DNA of 64,000 nt, taken from Tilletiaria anomala UBC 951 (Eukaryota). The translations under genes and the position numbers were made by a program. The notes below the pieces were generated by a model. It searched no databases. It was not told the DNA's origin and saw only the letters and a program-made list of their open reading frames with translations. The stretch spans positions 124,001 through 188,000 of the forward strand of contig NW_013547015.1 of assembly GCF_000711695.1 (NCBI RefSeq), read 5' to 3'. The first letter of the stretch is position 1. The number at the start of each line of letters is the position of its first letter. Positions 24,147-36,130 of this stretch are shown here, one piece after another.

Positions 24147-26823
24147 TCAAGCCGAGCGTGCGGAAGGGCTGGGGTCCCACTGTCCGTCGGGCGCGGGCGC
24201 GAAGCCTTGGTCCGGGACAGGGTAGCGGACCAAGCCTTGGCCGTGCAGCGTGTTCGCTTCAATATTGTTTCCCCACCAAGGAATGCCCGTCTCGGTGTAG
24301 AAGACGTTGTCTAGCGCCGGGGCGCGGGGATATTGTAGCGCGGGCGTGATGATGATGACGGAGATGGCCGTCCCCGAGTTACAAAACCGCGCTAATGACG
24401 TTGTTGTACGACCCTCAGAAGACTGGACGCTTCTTCCTGAGAAAGTACTGGAAGAAGAAACCGACGGTGGCCCAGGCAGTGTATGAAGGCGCAGAGGCGG
24501 GAGGGAAGTAGCCAGGACCAGAGAATATGATAGGCCAATTGATGAAGCAGACAAACGACTTCAGGAACTTGCGCGCGAGGAAGTATATCGGAATCGGCAG
24601 GAATGCCCCGATGGCGAACATGATGTTGGTGTACTGGTACCGGGCGCCCTCGTCGAATGCGTGGCGCGGCCCGATGAGACCCCAGAGGATACTGGCGGTG
24701 TAGAAGGTGCGTGCGTAGCTGCACGTGAAACGAGATGGGTGCGCGTCGGCAGTGCAGAGGCCGGGGACGTTCTGGAAGATCCAGGCCATGACACCGAGCT
24801 GCACAAAGACGGAGAGGATCTCCGCGATCATCTGGCCGGCGAACATCGTGCGCGGGGGCACCTTCATGTAGTGGCCGAACATGAGGTCGCTCAGGAAGGT
24901 GACAGCTTGTACCATGGTGATGTAATCGAAGCACTTGAAGATCATCATGGCCGCTAGGTGGCCTGGAAGCATGTATCCGATGATTATCTCCGTGATGACG
25001 TTCAGGCCTATGGTTGAGCCGGTGATGACCGAGATTATCGCGAGCAGAAGGGTGTAGATTGCAGCGAGGATGAGGGCGATGATCAAGGCCAAGACTGGCA
25101 AGCTGGTCGAGTAACTGCAGACGGCGGGGACGGCCATGTCGAATGAAACGAGGAACGTCGCTGTGTACCACCAGACAGGCGCTTCCTTGTAGCGAGACAT
25201 GAGGCGAGCGTGAATGTCGGGCTCATCGCCGATTGTGCGCCGGAACTGTTTGACAGTGCCCTTGCCATAGAAGAGTGAGACGTGAACAAGACTCACAAGA
25301 TGGCGCCAAAGCCCCAAGCGTACGAGACCATGAACGAGCTAGGCAGGTACGGAACGGAGTATGTTTCGTACGCCGCCTCTTCCAGTTCGCCGTTGGCACC
25401 GAGAACGTGAGTCGAGTTGAATGGATTCCTGAAGCGGTCGTAGGACAGACCCGACGAGTAGGGGATGTATGCACCATACAAGTAGTTCTTCGCGTGCAGC
25501 ATCGGTGAGATGAAACAGATGGAGAACATGAAACCGGAAGAGATGTTGGCGATCGAGAACCAAGGTTACCAGAGCGGGGAGCCTAGGTATCCCAGGGTTG
25601 ACCAGTCCAAAGAGATCATGTTCAAACTGTAATCCAAATGATCATCAGTGACCGTTCTGAATTCAAACTCCCGTTGCTGATGGAATCGCACCCAATGCCT
25701 CCGGTACCGCCAAAGACCATGTTGATGCCATAGTTCTCCGACGTGATCCAGGCTGAAAGGGGTAGAACGCAAAATCAGGTCCTCAGGCGAGTCCCTTCAT
25801 GTATGCGTGCCAAAGGAACGTACTTGGCCAGCTAAAGTAGGTCAAAGAGGTGAAGAGGTACACAGGAACAAACTCCCAGCAGAGGATTGCGAGGAACACA
25901 GTGACGAACATGTGGTTTCGCGACCACTTGGAGCCCTCTGCGGCCTCCTGGGTGTGGTGCAGGGTGTTCATTGGTGCACAGTTGGGTAGGTTGGTAGGCC
26001 AGATCATAGCCGCGGGTCAAACGAGCCACTGGCGGATGAAGCCGGCGTAAGAGAAGCCGGTGAGCTGGGTGGAGAGCCTGAGGAGGATCTGGTATCCTGC
26101 CGGAATCTCCTGGTGGTAGTATACCTTTTGGACAGTCAGAATCTCGGTGGCGTATGCCTGGCCGTAGGCCACTGTGGCCATGACGGTGATCAGGGTGTGC
26201 TCTTTGATGTTGAATGGGCCCGGGTTGATGAACCAGCCCAGCGGCCATTCGGCCTTGTATGGGATCAAGGCGAGCGCCTTGCCGAGCGGGAAGGCTACCA
26301 GCTGGGCGATGATACACGTAATGGAAGTCAAGGGCGACTGGAAGATGAAGAACTGGTTGATACCAGAGATGAGGATGGTGGAAACGATGCCCAGGAACCA
26401 GGCGCCGAGCTTGTTGACGGGCATCGACGGATCATCAATGTTCGTCACGGCAGCGCGGACCTCTGGGTAGATCGAGTCCTCCTCGAGGACGCCCTCGAAA
26501 TCTAGCTCGGCCGTTGGGTCATGCTTTTCGAGCGCCGCCTGGGCTGTCTCGATGAGCTCTGGGTAGAGGTTGGGGTCATTGACCATGTATGTGGCAATGG
26601 CTCTGGAGATGTTGGCCTCAACTTGCGGGATATCCTGGACGCGCGGCAGTGCGTCTTGTTCGCGATCTTGTCCTCCTGGGAGGAGTGGCGAAATGATACA
26701 ACTGCAGCTGGCAGCAGAGTTGGATGGCTTTTAGTCAACGAGTTCACTCCATTAACACGAACGCCCTCCTGCCTGCGTATTCTTGGCTACACTGACCCGG
26801 TACGGTGAATGCTGCTGCCCCAT
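24147..26823 (-). pseudogene. OPT-family oligopeptide transporter pseudogene
   Basis: OPT motifs DSIYPEVRAAVTNIDDPSMP, NPGPFNIKEH, DIHARLMSRYKEAPVWW, GHYMKVPPRTMF, WWGNN. In-frame stops at 26017-26019, 25566-25568 and 24415-24417, and frameshifts near 25300 and 24380. 5' end is approximate. Confidence 0.85.
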
Positions 26824-29173
26824 CTCGATACAGCTGAGCGTAAGTGTAGGTCGGATCCCCGGATGGGTCGTAGCAGGTGGTCACGAGGGGCGAAGGAAGC
26901 GGCGCGCATTGCAACGCGCTAGTTTATGCATATATCCCGCGAGCTCCAGTGACCAAAAGAAGCTAGTAGACGCTGTGCTCAATCAGATGTAGGTGGGGGA
27001 GTATGTATGGGGGTGGCTAGTTGTATGTACAGAAGGACGCGCTTGAAGAGGAGCAACAGTGTAGAGACCGAAGAAGACGGGTGAACCTGTTGTGAAGGAT
27101 GGAAAGAAACAGATGACGATACATTCAGCTTTGTCACGGCAATGGGGCCCACCATCGGCACATGAGGGTCTCCCCTCTCCCCCTATCACTCATGCTCGAC
27201 TCTGGTATATGGACCTGTATGTTCCTCAGACTTGGATGAACCTAGGCATCCTCCCTCCCTGCCTTCGTAGAGTGCATCTGCACCTCGGCGTAATTGGTTT
27301 GCATTAAGCACCGAAGGACCGCAATTGCTGGCAGCGCACCAGAGCATAGCGCAGAGAGAGGACGAGCAGGTGGGAACCGGGAACAAGGGCATGTGCTTAT
27401 CTGCTGCTGGCTGCTTCGACTGCGCGAAAGGCCGACTTGTCCAGTGTTCCGCACCCAGCGTGCAGCTGTCAGCAACCCTCTAATAAGAACGACTCACATG
27501 TCCCTGACTGATAGTGCGTTGTTCCTCGTCCCCGCAATGAGCACCGCCGCGCAGGAGTTTCTTGTGATCGTGCGTCGTGACAGGGATTCCGCTGCACGCA
27601 GCATTGATTTGTTGCAACTGAAGGGGGTAGAAGAGTCGAGAGATAGGATCGACACGGAAGGGGGACGCTGATGAGTGATCCACATTTACTGCGAAATTTG
27701 AAGTGCCCAGGTCCCATCAAAATGACCTGGAGATCGCACCTGTTCTGACGAGTTTGTCCGTCCTGTTGCGACTCGCGACACGTGCGGCAGAGCACGTGTT
27801 TCACATTGGGGTAATTGTCGCGGCATCGGCTGCCGTGGTCGCCAAGCCGTCGGCCACATGGCATCAACCCCCGGAAAAACAACACGGCGGAATTCCATGC
27901 AGCACACCGGCAGTGTGGCAACTGGCAAGTGCAACGGACACGGAAGATGTTGCACTCAAGTTGCTGTGTGATTTCCTTCAATGCTCTGATGCTGGTTAAT
28001 TTTGTGCATGATTCTCTCTAGGCGAGTCAGCCGAAGAGACAAGAGACTGGCCAGAACCGCGAGAAAACACCTGTAATGCCAGAGTGACGTGACCAGAGCC
28101 CAGACAAGCGCATCCCAAGGATTTTAGCTTGTGATGCGGTGACGCAGCCTGCGTCAAGCTCTAGCAGGCGCTGCTAGGTACAGGACTGCAATGGAAAGGC
28201 TCTGTTCCTGGGGGTTTCCGGTCGTATGCGGTAACATTCCTTTTTGAGGGTATCACGCCGCAGGGAGGAAATTAGGTTTCACATTCACAATAAATTAAAA
28301 TATAACATATCATATTTGCATGCTTCTTTCCATCTGTCATCATGAGTCAGGGGGCCATGTACGAACAGCGCTAAAATTCAAAATTGCGCAACAGACGCTG
28401 GGCGCCTGGACAGGTCGGCAGTTCCCCTACTATATGTATGTTTTACATGAAAGTTGTTTGTTCAAATGAAGACCAATCCGCCAACTGACGTTTCATCATC
28501 ATCGATTGGCGAACTGGATCCTTCATCGAGTCTCGCGCTCACGACGGAGAGTGCCAACCCCGCCGTGTTCAGACCTTTGGAAACTGCTAACCTATACCTG
28601 CATGTACTACAACTCGAAAATTTGAGCGAGAGCTGAGAGGCTATGATATGTGAAGTTGTGAGGCGAAGAGCGGGAGCCTCCCATCGCCTCATCAATGTCT
28701 CGTCGTCATTCTGGCCTGCCGTCAAGAATCACAACTTAAAGCTGTACAATTTTAAAGAGCTTCTTAACAACGTTTCAATGCTGCTTTGGCGACGTGAGGT
28801 GCACATGGTCGTTCCCCCAGCGCCCACCTTACACTGGACGATAGCCAGTCGCTCCCAAGTTTCCAACCGGGAGACGCGTGATGCGACGCGGCTGGTGCAG
28901 GTGATGTGAAGTATCATGAACATGCCAAGGCCAGTAAGCCGATGGCTGCTGAAGATTTTGGCCCTCTGTCCTGTGTTGAAGGGTATTCTGGCACGTGTCC
29001 TCTGTCTGCTCGGTATGACATGCATGGGGCTTTCCGCCTGCATTGGTCCGCACAGATGTGCGAAAGGCCAGCTGAGAGCGATTGTGGGGCTTCCAATTTC
29101 AAAATAATACGAGCCGTGAGCGCTTCGTTTCCTCGTCCCAGGGTATGTCGTACGCTATATTGTAGTATGCTGC

Positions 29174-30010
29174 TTAGCCGAACATGACATCCGATCGAAG
29201 AACCCATTTGGTACCCTTTCGAGGCGGTCGAGCTTCATGGAGCATGCATGCCTGTCGCATCACGATTCATACCGACTCAGCTCCCGTCGCGACGTTGATG
29301 CAGCACGCATGCAGGGACTCACATTGCCATGTCGATGCAGCAGTGCACTCCCTCGCTCGAGCGGTGCCACGATTTCCCTGTCGCTGTCGCCTTTTCGGGA
29401 ATGGTCTTTGTAGAACACGGTCTCGCCACCTTCAATGCCGTCTTCGATGCCCGACAAGTAGATGAGCAGAGTCCACTCGCTCTTTTTGCCGGTCTTGGGA
29501 TCCGTCACAGAGTCATCGTAATGGGCGCCAAACAGCTGAGATGGAGAATAGCGGTAGCTGCCAGAAATAAAAGAGCGTCAGCCAATCTTCGGAGACGCCA
29601 CAAGGAATGATGTGCACTCACACGCGAATGTTTGGATTCAGGCCACTCGCTGTTCTGCCATTGACCTTTGCCTCGCTGCCCACCCACCCTTGACAGCACT
29701 GAGCAAGTCCTGCTTCCCACAACTTTTCGGCAAAAGCCTGATCCTCAAAGCTGAAACGATCATTGGTACGATGAGCCTCTCCCTTTCGTGGCGGTGGCGA
29801 GGCGATGAATGTCAGCTGCGAGCAGGCGGTGATGAATGTCGCGCATTCTTTTGCCGTCAAAAAATTCCGCACAAGACACAGTTGGTCCGGGAGCAGCCAA
29901 TCCACTGAGTCCGTGCTCAGTGGTTTGGGAAAGATCGAAGGAAAGGGGACAGACGACGGCGTGCTACATTTAGCGTCATCATAAGCCCGGCTTGACTTTT
30001 TACCTCGCAT
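29174..30010 (-). CDS. 2OG-Fe(II) oxygenase, prolyl 4-hydroxylase-like
   Basis: NFLTAKEC...GLNPNIRV|YRYSPSQLFGAHYDD...TLLIYL...GGETVFY...|CMLHEA...GTKWVLRSDVMFG* contains the HxD...H triad and the 2OG-binding Lys/Arg. Confidence 0.9.
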
Positions 30011-30621
30011 GGCGGCAATTACGCAGTGGACGTATGTGCATCGAGATTTCCAAGGATGTGCGTCAAGACAATTGGATGCTGCAAGCAGGCATCATCTCGT
30101 GCGGAGAGAAAACGGACAACGTGCGTAGAGGAAGCTTTGACCTGGTGATCCCACACCTCTCCAAGGACAAGGCCGCAAGAGTAACCTACCGTAGCTCCCG
30201 CATCCGCTCGGGACTAAGATTCCGGCGTTTAACGGTTACGAGATGTGATCTTGCTTGGCGTGACTTCCATCCGCCGCAAGGCCCTCTTGAACGAGTCGCT
30301 CCTCGTGGGAGAGATGATATTTTGTGTATCCCTCTTCGTTGCGATTTGGGATGACATGACGCCATTTAACGCAGTAACTGCAGACAGATCTGAGCGCATC
30401 TGTACTTGCGTCTTACATGCTGTATGGCTTTTGTCCTTTTTACGCCAAAGATTGTGCTTCTTGGTACCGCATAGCTGAATTCTACTCATTTCCGTCTCAA
30501 ACAGGAAAATGCGCGGACAAGGGAGTAGTGAAAAAAGCGAGCAAAAGCTCAAGAGAGGAGACACTTGCAAACCTGGCCTCTCAAACTAGTTTTATAGCCT
30601 CTAGCATTGAGATAGTCATTG

Positions 30622-30723
30622 GGCCAATTGGCGCAATGGTAGCGCGTTGCTCTCCTACATGTGATGATTGCTTCATGCGCTTGGGGCAAGCAGAGGTTGC
30701 AGGTTCGACCCCTGCATTGGTCG
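30622..30723 (+). tRNA. tRNA-Arg(CCT) with 30-nt intron (30658-30687)
   Basis: Acceptor GGCCAAT/ATTGGTC+G, D stem GCGC/GCGC, anticodon stem TTGCT/AGCAG with loop CT-CCT-A[intron]A, T arm GCAGG-TTCGACC-CCTGC. Confidence 0.9.
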
Positions 30724-30731
30724 TTTTTTTT
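30724..30731 (+). terminator. RNA polymerase III oligo-T terminator
   Basis: Run of 8 T immediately after the tRNA discriminator base. Confidence 0.85.
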
Positions 30732-31101
30732 GCTCCGTGTCCATTCTTGGCTTGCAGCATCTTGGATTCTCCCTCATCCGTTACATCAGCACTCAGACGT
30801 TGAGGAATGTCGTAGCAATCGGAACATTAGCATGCTGCGCGCTTCAGTTTCCCGTCAGGCAGACTCTGGATTCCCTTGTCGCATCTCGATTGCAAGCCTT
30901 GCCACCTCGCAACAGGTCAAGAAAGCTGGGCCAATTTCAAACACAAGTGTATTGGTTTCTCGTCATGTAGATTACGATCCTATAATATCACTCTCGTTCA
31001 TGTCTCTTTGAAACGTTGGTTTAAAAGCTTGTGCTCGTTCATACCAAGTCAACACATCAAAAACGGCGTGGTGTGAAATACACCAAAGCGAAAGGAGGCA
31101 G

Positions 31102-33391
31102 TCAGACGCGCGAAATTCGCAGTGGCATTTGCGGGCCGGCTTTTTCTTGCCCGACGACGCGGGAACGCGTGACGAGTGACTGTCCAGATCAATGAGCCCA
31201 GTAGGCTATTCAGCGGCCGCGTTGGATGGTAGAGAGGCTGTATCTCGCGCAAAAACAAAAATGCACTCGCAACACGACTCACCAGCTTTGGCTCGATCGT
31301 CCACCCTAGAACACGCTCAAATCGGAACACGGACACAAGTTGCATCAACAGAACCTTGGCTTCGATCACTGCAAACCTGCTCCCAATGCAGCTGGAATCG
31401 ATTCAGGGTGAGGGAGCGCATCAGAAAAGCGGGCGCCGCAGCACGTACTTTCGCAAGGTACTCACCCTCGTGGACCTATCCCAAGATGGTGAGAAAAGGC
31501 GATTCAGTCAGCATCCGCATCGTCCACAATATCGCGGACAAGCCGAGCGTAGCGTCAACCCACCAGCTATAAAAGTCGCGAGATGCAGGGGAAAGTCAAA
31601 GTCATTATTGACCTCCGTCGGCAAGTTGAACCATCTCTGCGGCCTAAACGCCAGCGCATCCGGGCCCCACCTGCGGTTTGGGTAATTCGGATGAAAGCGT
31701 GAGCAGAAGCGTAGATCAGTTCGCTGAAGAGAATACTTACACGTCTTCGCTCGTGTTGAGAAGCTCAATCGGAATGATGAACTCCATTCCTTTGGGGATC
31801 AAAAGCTTGTCGAACGTTCCCTTGCCATCCTCCCGAGGATAAGGTTTGCTGAGCGGGATAACCTTGTCCACTCTCGCTTCTCTCTGCAACGAAAAGACAG
31901 GTGGGGTAAGGCGCAAGGATTCACGCACGACCGCGTCGACCCAAGGCAGCGCATTGATCCCGTCGTAGCTCAGCTCGTTGCGGCCGGACATGTGCTCTTG
32001 CACTTCAGCGCGGACCTTGTCCTGCACCTCAAGGTTGCCCGCAAGGTAAAACAATATCCAAGACATGGCGGTCGCGGTCGTTTCGTGGCCAGCGAGGAGA
32101 AAGTTGGAAATCTGCGCAAGAATGTCATCATCGGAAAGGCGATTGCTGTCTTTGACATCGGACGACATGTTCGTCTTCATCATCTGATGCAAAATGTCTA
32201 CCTTGGATCCGGCCGAGACATCCTCCCAGTCGCTTTTGCGCAGCTTGCCGTTCGCGCCCAGGCCATTTTCCTCCATTGTGCGGATGATCTGTTCGCGCTT
32301 GCGGTGGACGATGTCCAGCGCAACGCGGTTCATGCTGGCAAGTAACTTTTCCATTGCCTTCGTCTGGGGGTTAATTTGACGCCTCGCATACTCGAAGACA
32401 GAAATGTAGCGTCCCAGGATGAACAGAATGATCGATAGCGGGGAGAAATTCGACGATGCGCCTATGAGACTGTTGAAGCTCTCGGCCATTTCGTGTCCTG
32501 CCTGGCCGTCCTTCATGGCCATGGTGCCAAAGTCTTCATCAAACCCTGCTTCTCCGATGCTGCGGTGCAGAGAAATGCGGTGCGAAAATCAGGAGAATGC
32601 ATCGTACTCTACTACGCACCGCTTGCTCACATGTCCAGCGTGGTGCGGCTGAGCCACCAGGTAATATCGGTGACTGGCTTGCCCGTGATGCTGGCTTTCG
32701 CCGCGAGTTCCGTCTGGCTCAGGGACATGGCTTCCTGAGTTCGTCCTTCAGTGCCATCGACCATCTCGCCCAGTTTGTCCGTCAGTCGTCGAGCATGCTT
32801 CCAAAAGATGGGCACCAGGTCCTTGATGGCGCTCGTGCTGAACGCAGGACTGAGCACCTTTTTCTGCGCCTTGTGGGCATCACCCTCGGCAACGATGATT
32901 CCTGGTCCGATCAGGCGAGCAAGAAACTCTCGATCGAGCACCGTCTTGGGGAAGTCGTACGATTGCGCAGAGGAGAGAATGTGTGAGATCGCGAGCGGAT
33001 CGGCCACCAAGAGGCGGGGGCCGTACAGCTCTCCACGGTAGCAGATGACGGAGCTATTGAGCTCCTTGAACCACCTGCGCTGCGGCACGCCCATCACCGC
33101 CCCGTGGATCTCGGATGTATCTCCCAAGAACAGCCTGCCAGGTGTAAAGCTGCTCTTGGGCCGCGGTACATGTTGGAAAGGATCGGCGTGGAAAACGTGG
33201 AGGCGGACAAAGTGGTAGAGCGCCGTGCAGGAGACGCGAGCGATGACATAAGCGATCGCCACTACGGGCAAGAGTACGAGCACCGCTCCTGTGGTGAGGA
33301 ATGGACGGTGCTGAATGCACATGCGCGGCATTGTCAGTGCATGCTGTGCCAAGCCCAGCAGGTATCGCTGAGAGTCGCTGAGAAGTGCCAT
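31102..33391 (-). CDS. Cytochrome P450 monooxygenase
   Basis: N-terminal membrane anchor, I-helix LLAGHETT, K-helix ESLR, meander FRPQRW, and heme motif FIAGPRGCIG assembled across a 10-nt exon (31466-31475). Confidence 0.95.
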
Positions 33392-33511
33392 CTTAGCGTA
33401 GTATATCGAGTCAGACTCTTTCGGCGCTTGAGCGTAAACAATTCTCAGATCGCAAAACCTATCGAAGGGAACTATCGAAAGCCGTTATCCGATACAAAAT
33501 GCAGACAGGAT

Positions 33512-33662
33512 GGAGGTACTTATATAAGTGCTTAACTCCGAAAGCCAATGGAATGCCGCTGGCGATATCAGTTGGTTCACCATTAGGAGGTACTTATATA
33601 AGTGCCTAACTCCGAAAGCCAATGGAATGCCGCCGGCGATATCAGTTGGTTCACCATTAGGA
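33512..33662. repeat. 74-bp direct tandem duplication in the P450 promoter region
   Basis: Copies at 33512-33585 and 33586-33659 differ at 2 positions. Each contains the palindrome ACTTATATAAGT, a CCAAT and a GGAATG. Confidence 0.95.
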
Positions 33663-34156
33663 ACTTGAGAAGTACCTTACAACAGTCGCAAACTCGCTAG
33701 GACTAATAATCGATATTGCAGCTGGATGCGAAGACGCGCTAGCAAAGCAAAACGCGACGGGCCGGTGGCTGATTGGTGAGTGTGGCGCCGTTGCGGGGTT
33801 AACCACACTCCACACCTCCCTGGCCCCTGGGTTTATTAACGTACCATAGAAAGCTCGGATTTCGAAGCAACCAATGGAAGATGTGGTTTCAGTGCTTTGG
33901 CTTGATTTGCCATCGCACGTAAGCACACCGACGCCGACCAAATGTGCAGTGGCAATCGACTTGCTGTCATGCTTTGCATTGCAGGTGTACAGAGTGTGCT
34001 TTGCGGCCTGTGCCCTCCCATAACCTGTGCATTTCCTACTTTCGCCGTCAACATGTTCCTCCTGATCTTCTCCATCTTCGCCTTTAGCCTCTGCCTCACC
34101 CTCTGACCTCTCCTGCTCTCGGCCTGCTTGGACGGGCACACTTCGCCGCGGCGTCA

Positions 34157-36130
34157 CTAGTCCATGTCGAGCTCGGCAAATACCTCTCCGCCCGAGCTCA
34201 TGCCATAGCGCTGCCCGTCTCTCGCGTACTCATCATCATCTTCGTCTCCATCGTCCTGGTCGCCACCGCCGGACGAGTTTGTCGAGCGGCCAGGCGAGTC
34301 GGCGTTGGTGCCTGAAGGAGACGTATGGCTGCTGCTGTGCCCGCCAAGCGTGGTGGTCGTGGACGAGCGCGTGACATCTTCCATCAAGTCTTCCTCCGGT
34401 GTCGTTTCTTCCGAGCCAGCACGCGCGTCCCTCGACAGAGGCAGTTTGCGCCCCACAGCCGAGCCGGTGGGCTGAGTCTGCAGAGCGGGGGTAACGCCTT
34501 GCGTGCGAGCATGAGAAGGCTTGTTCGGCTGCGGCTGAACTTGCGCTTGTTGCGCCTGCACCGTGGCCGGCGATGTAGCCGACTGCTGCTGGTGAAAGCC
34601 ATTGGTAGTTGCAGGCGCCGTAGCGGGAGCGCTAGACTCGAGGTAGAGCTGAGAGAGATTGTTGAGCGGACTCATGCTCGGCGAGACACCGCGATCGCGC
34701 TGCTGTTGTTGGCGTAACCGCCTCCCCTCCATCAAGCGCTCGTAGTTAAAGACCTCAGACCCGAGCAGGCCGCTCGAAGGTGGGCTCACCGCCGCAGGCC
34801 ACAGTGCCTTCTCCTCAGGCAGAGAGCGCGACTGAGAGTCCATGCCGACCAAGATGGCGGCCGCTTCCAGCAGCTGCACTTGCTGATGCTTGCTCAGCAG
34901 AAACTTGCTCGCCTCCTTCCAGTAGACAGTGTGTTCCTGTTTTTAAGGAGAGCCAAGAGTCAGTGGTGGTCACAGGTGCATCTATGACTAGCCACACCAG
35001 TCCGGACTCACCCAACGATGTTTAATCAAGCAGGACGGATGCCGGTACACCTTTGCGCAGGACTCGCAGCGATGCAGCAGCTGATCGACGCTCATACCAT
35101 TGTAGATGACGTCTTCCCCATTGCCGGCCTTGGTGCCACTTGCAGCCGAGCCATCATCCATCGCCGAAGCGCTCGTGTCTGCGCTACCACGACGGCCGAC
35201 CTGCTGGTGGTGTAGGTGCTTGCCTGCAGCGGCGGCGGCTTCGCTGTTTGCCTTGAGCTGTGCCAGGGCTGCCTGGCTAGGCGGCAGGTTCGGCAGGTTC
35301 GCATCGAGGATCGAGGGTCCCGTGCACTCGACACCAAAGTGCGTGTGTGTGCAACCCGGACTAACCATAGCCTTCTTGCTGGCGCTGCTCATCGGGATCG
35401 GCCGTGCTGTGGTGCCAGATGACGAGACCGAAGTGCCGTACCGCCCGTTTGTGATGCTGGTGGTCAGGAGCGGGCCAGAACGCGAGAGGGTCTCGGCCGC
35501 AGCGCCGAATGAGGTCGACAGATCTCCACCTACGCCTCCGCTCGGCAAGCGCACACCAGGTGACGCTCCGTACCGACTGACCGTACTTGGCGAGCGAGCG
35601 CGGTTGCCAGGAGCACCCGTAGGGATGGGCCGTGCTCCCGCTGCGGCATTGATCGTGTCTGCCGTCGATGCATGAAAGTGCGAGCCACTGGCGCCCTTCC
35701 GCATCTGCGCGCCGAGCGATTCTCTTCGTCTGCCTTTCGAGGGTACACACGACGGCAGCATAGCTTCTGCTTGTGACACTGGCGTGCTTTCCGCTGATGA
35801 GCTCCTGTTCGGGCCCGCCGCAAAGAAGCCTTTTGGCGGAGGGACAAATGTGCGCTCAGGTATCATGGTGATCGCCGGTGGCGCTGTCGCCGGACCATCG
35901 GCTTGCCTGTGGCCTGCATAGACGCTGCAATTGATGTGTGCTATCGGGGAGCCAGCTGGCGGTGCAAGTTCTCGCGGTGTCTGCGTGCGGTAGGTCGACA
36001 ACAGACCCAGACCTTGCGCTGTCCCTTGATTGCTGTCTTGTGTTACCGCTGGCGACGCATTGCTGTTGCCTTCGGCTTGACTTTCGGCATAAGCAGCTGG
36101 GATGCCATTCGGCGCGAAGGCGCTGCTCAT
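34157..36130 (-). CDS. C2H2 zinc-finger protein, putative transcription regulator
   Basis: HRCESCAKVYRHPSCLIKHRW|EHTVYWKEASKFLLSKHQQVQLLEAAAILVGMD; flanks are low-complexity. First ATG at MSSAFAPNG. Confidence 0.85.

Noticed and set aside
24415..26019. A-to-I editing or readthrough rescue of the OPT TGA codons, or RIP
   Set aside because: A TAA stop and two frameshifts would remain, and TGG>TGA is not the CpA>TpA RIP signature.
27660..27720. Hammerhead-like core (CTGATGA...GAAA...GTC)
   Set aside because: Stem II does not close properly and stem I cannot form beyond one pair.
27469..27981. Cys-rich 170-aa minus-strand ORF
   Set aside because: No coherent zinc-finger spacing or family match; non-ATG start.
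33512..33662. CRISPR-like array interpretation of the direct repeats
   Set aside because: Only two abutting copies, no spacers, eukaryotic context and no cas genes.
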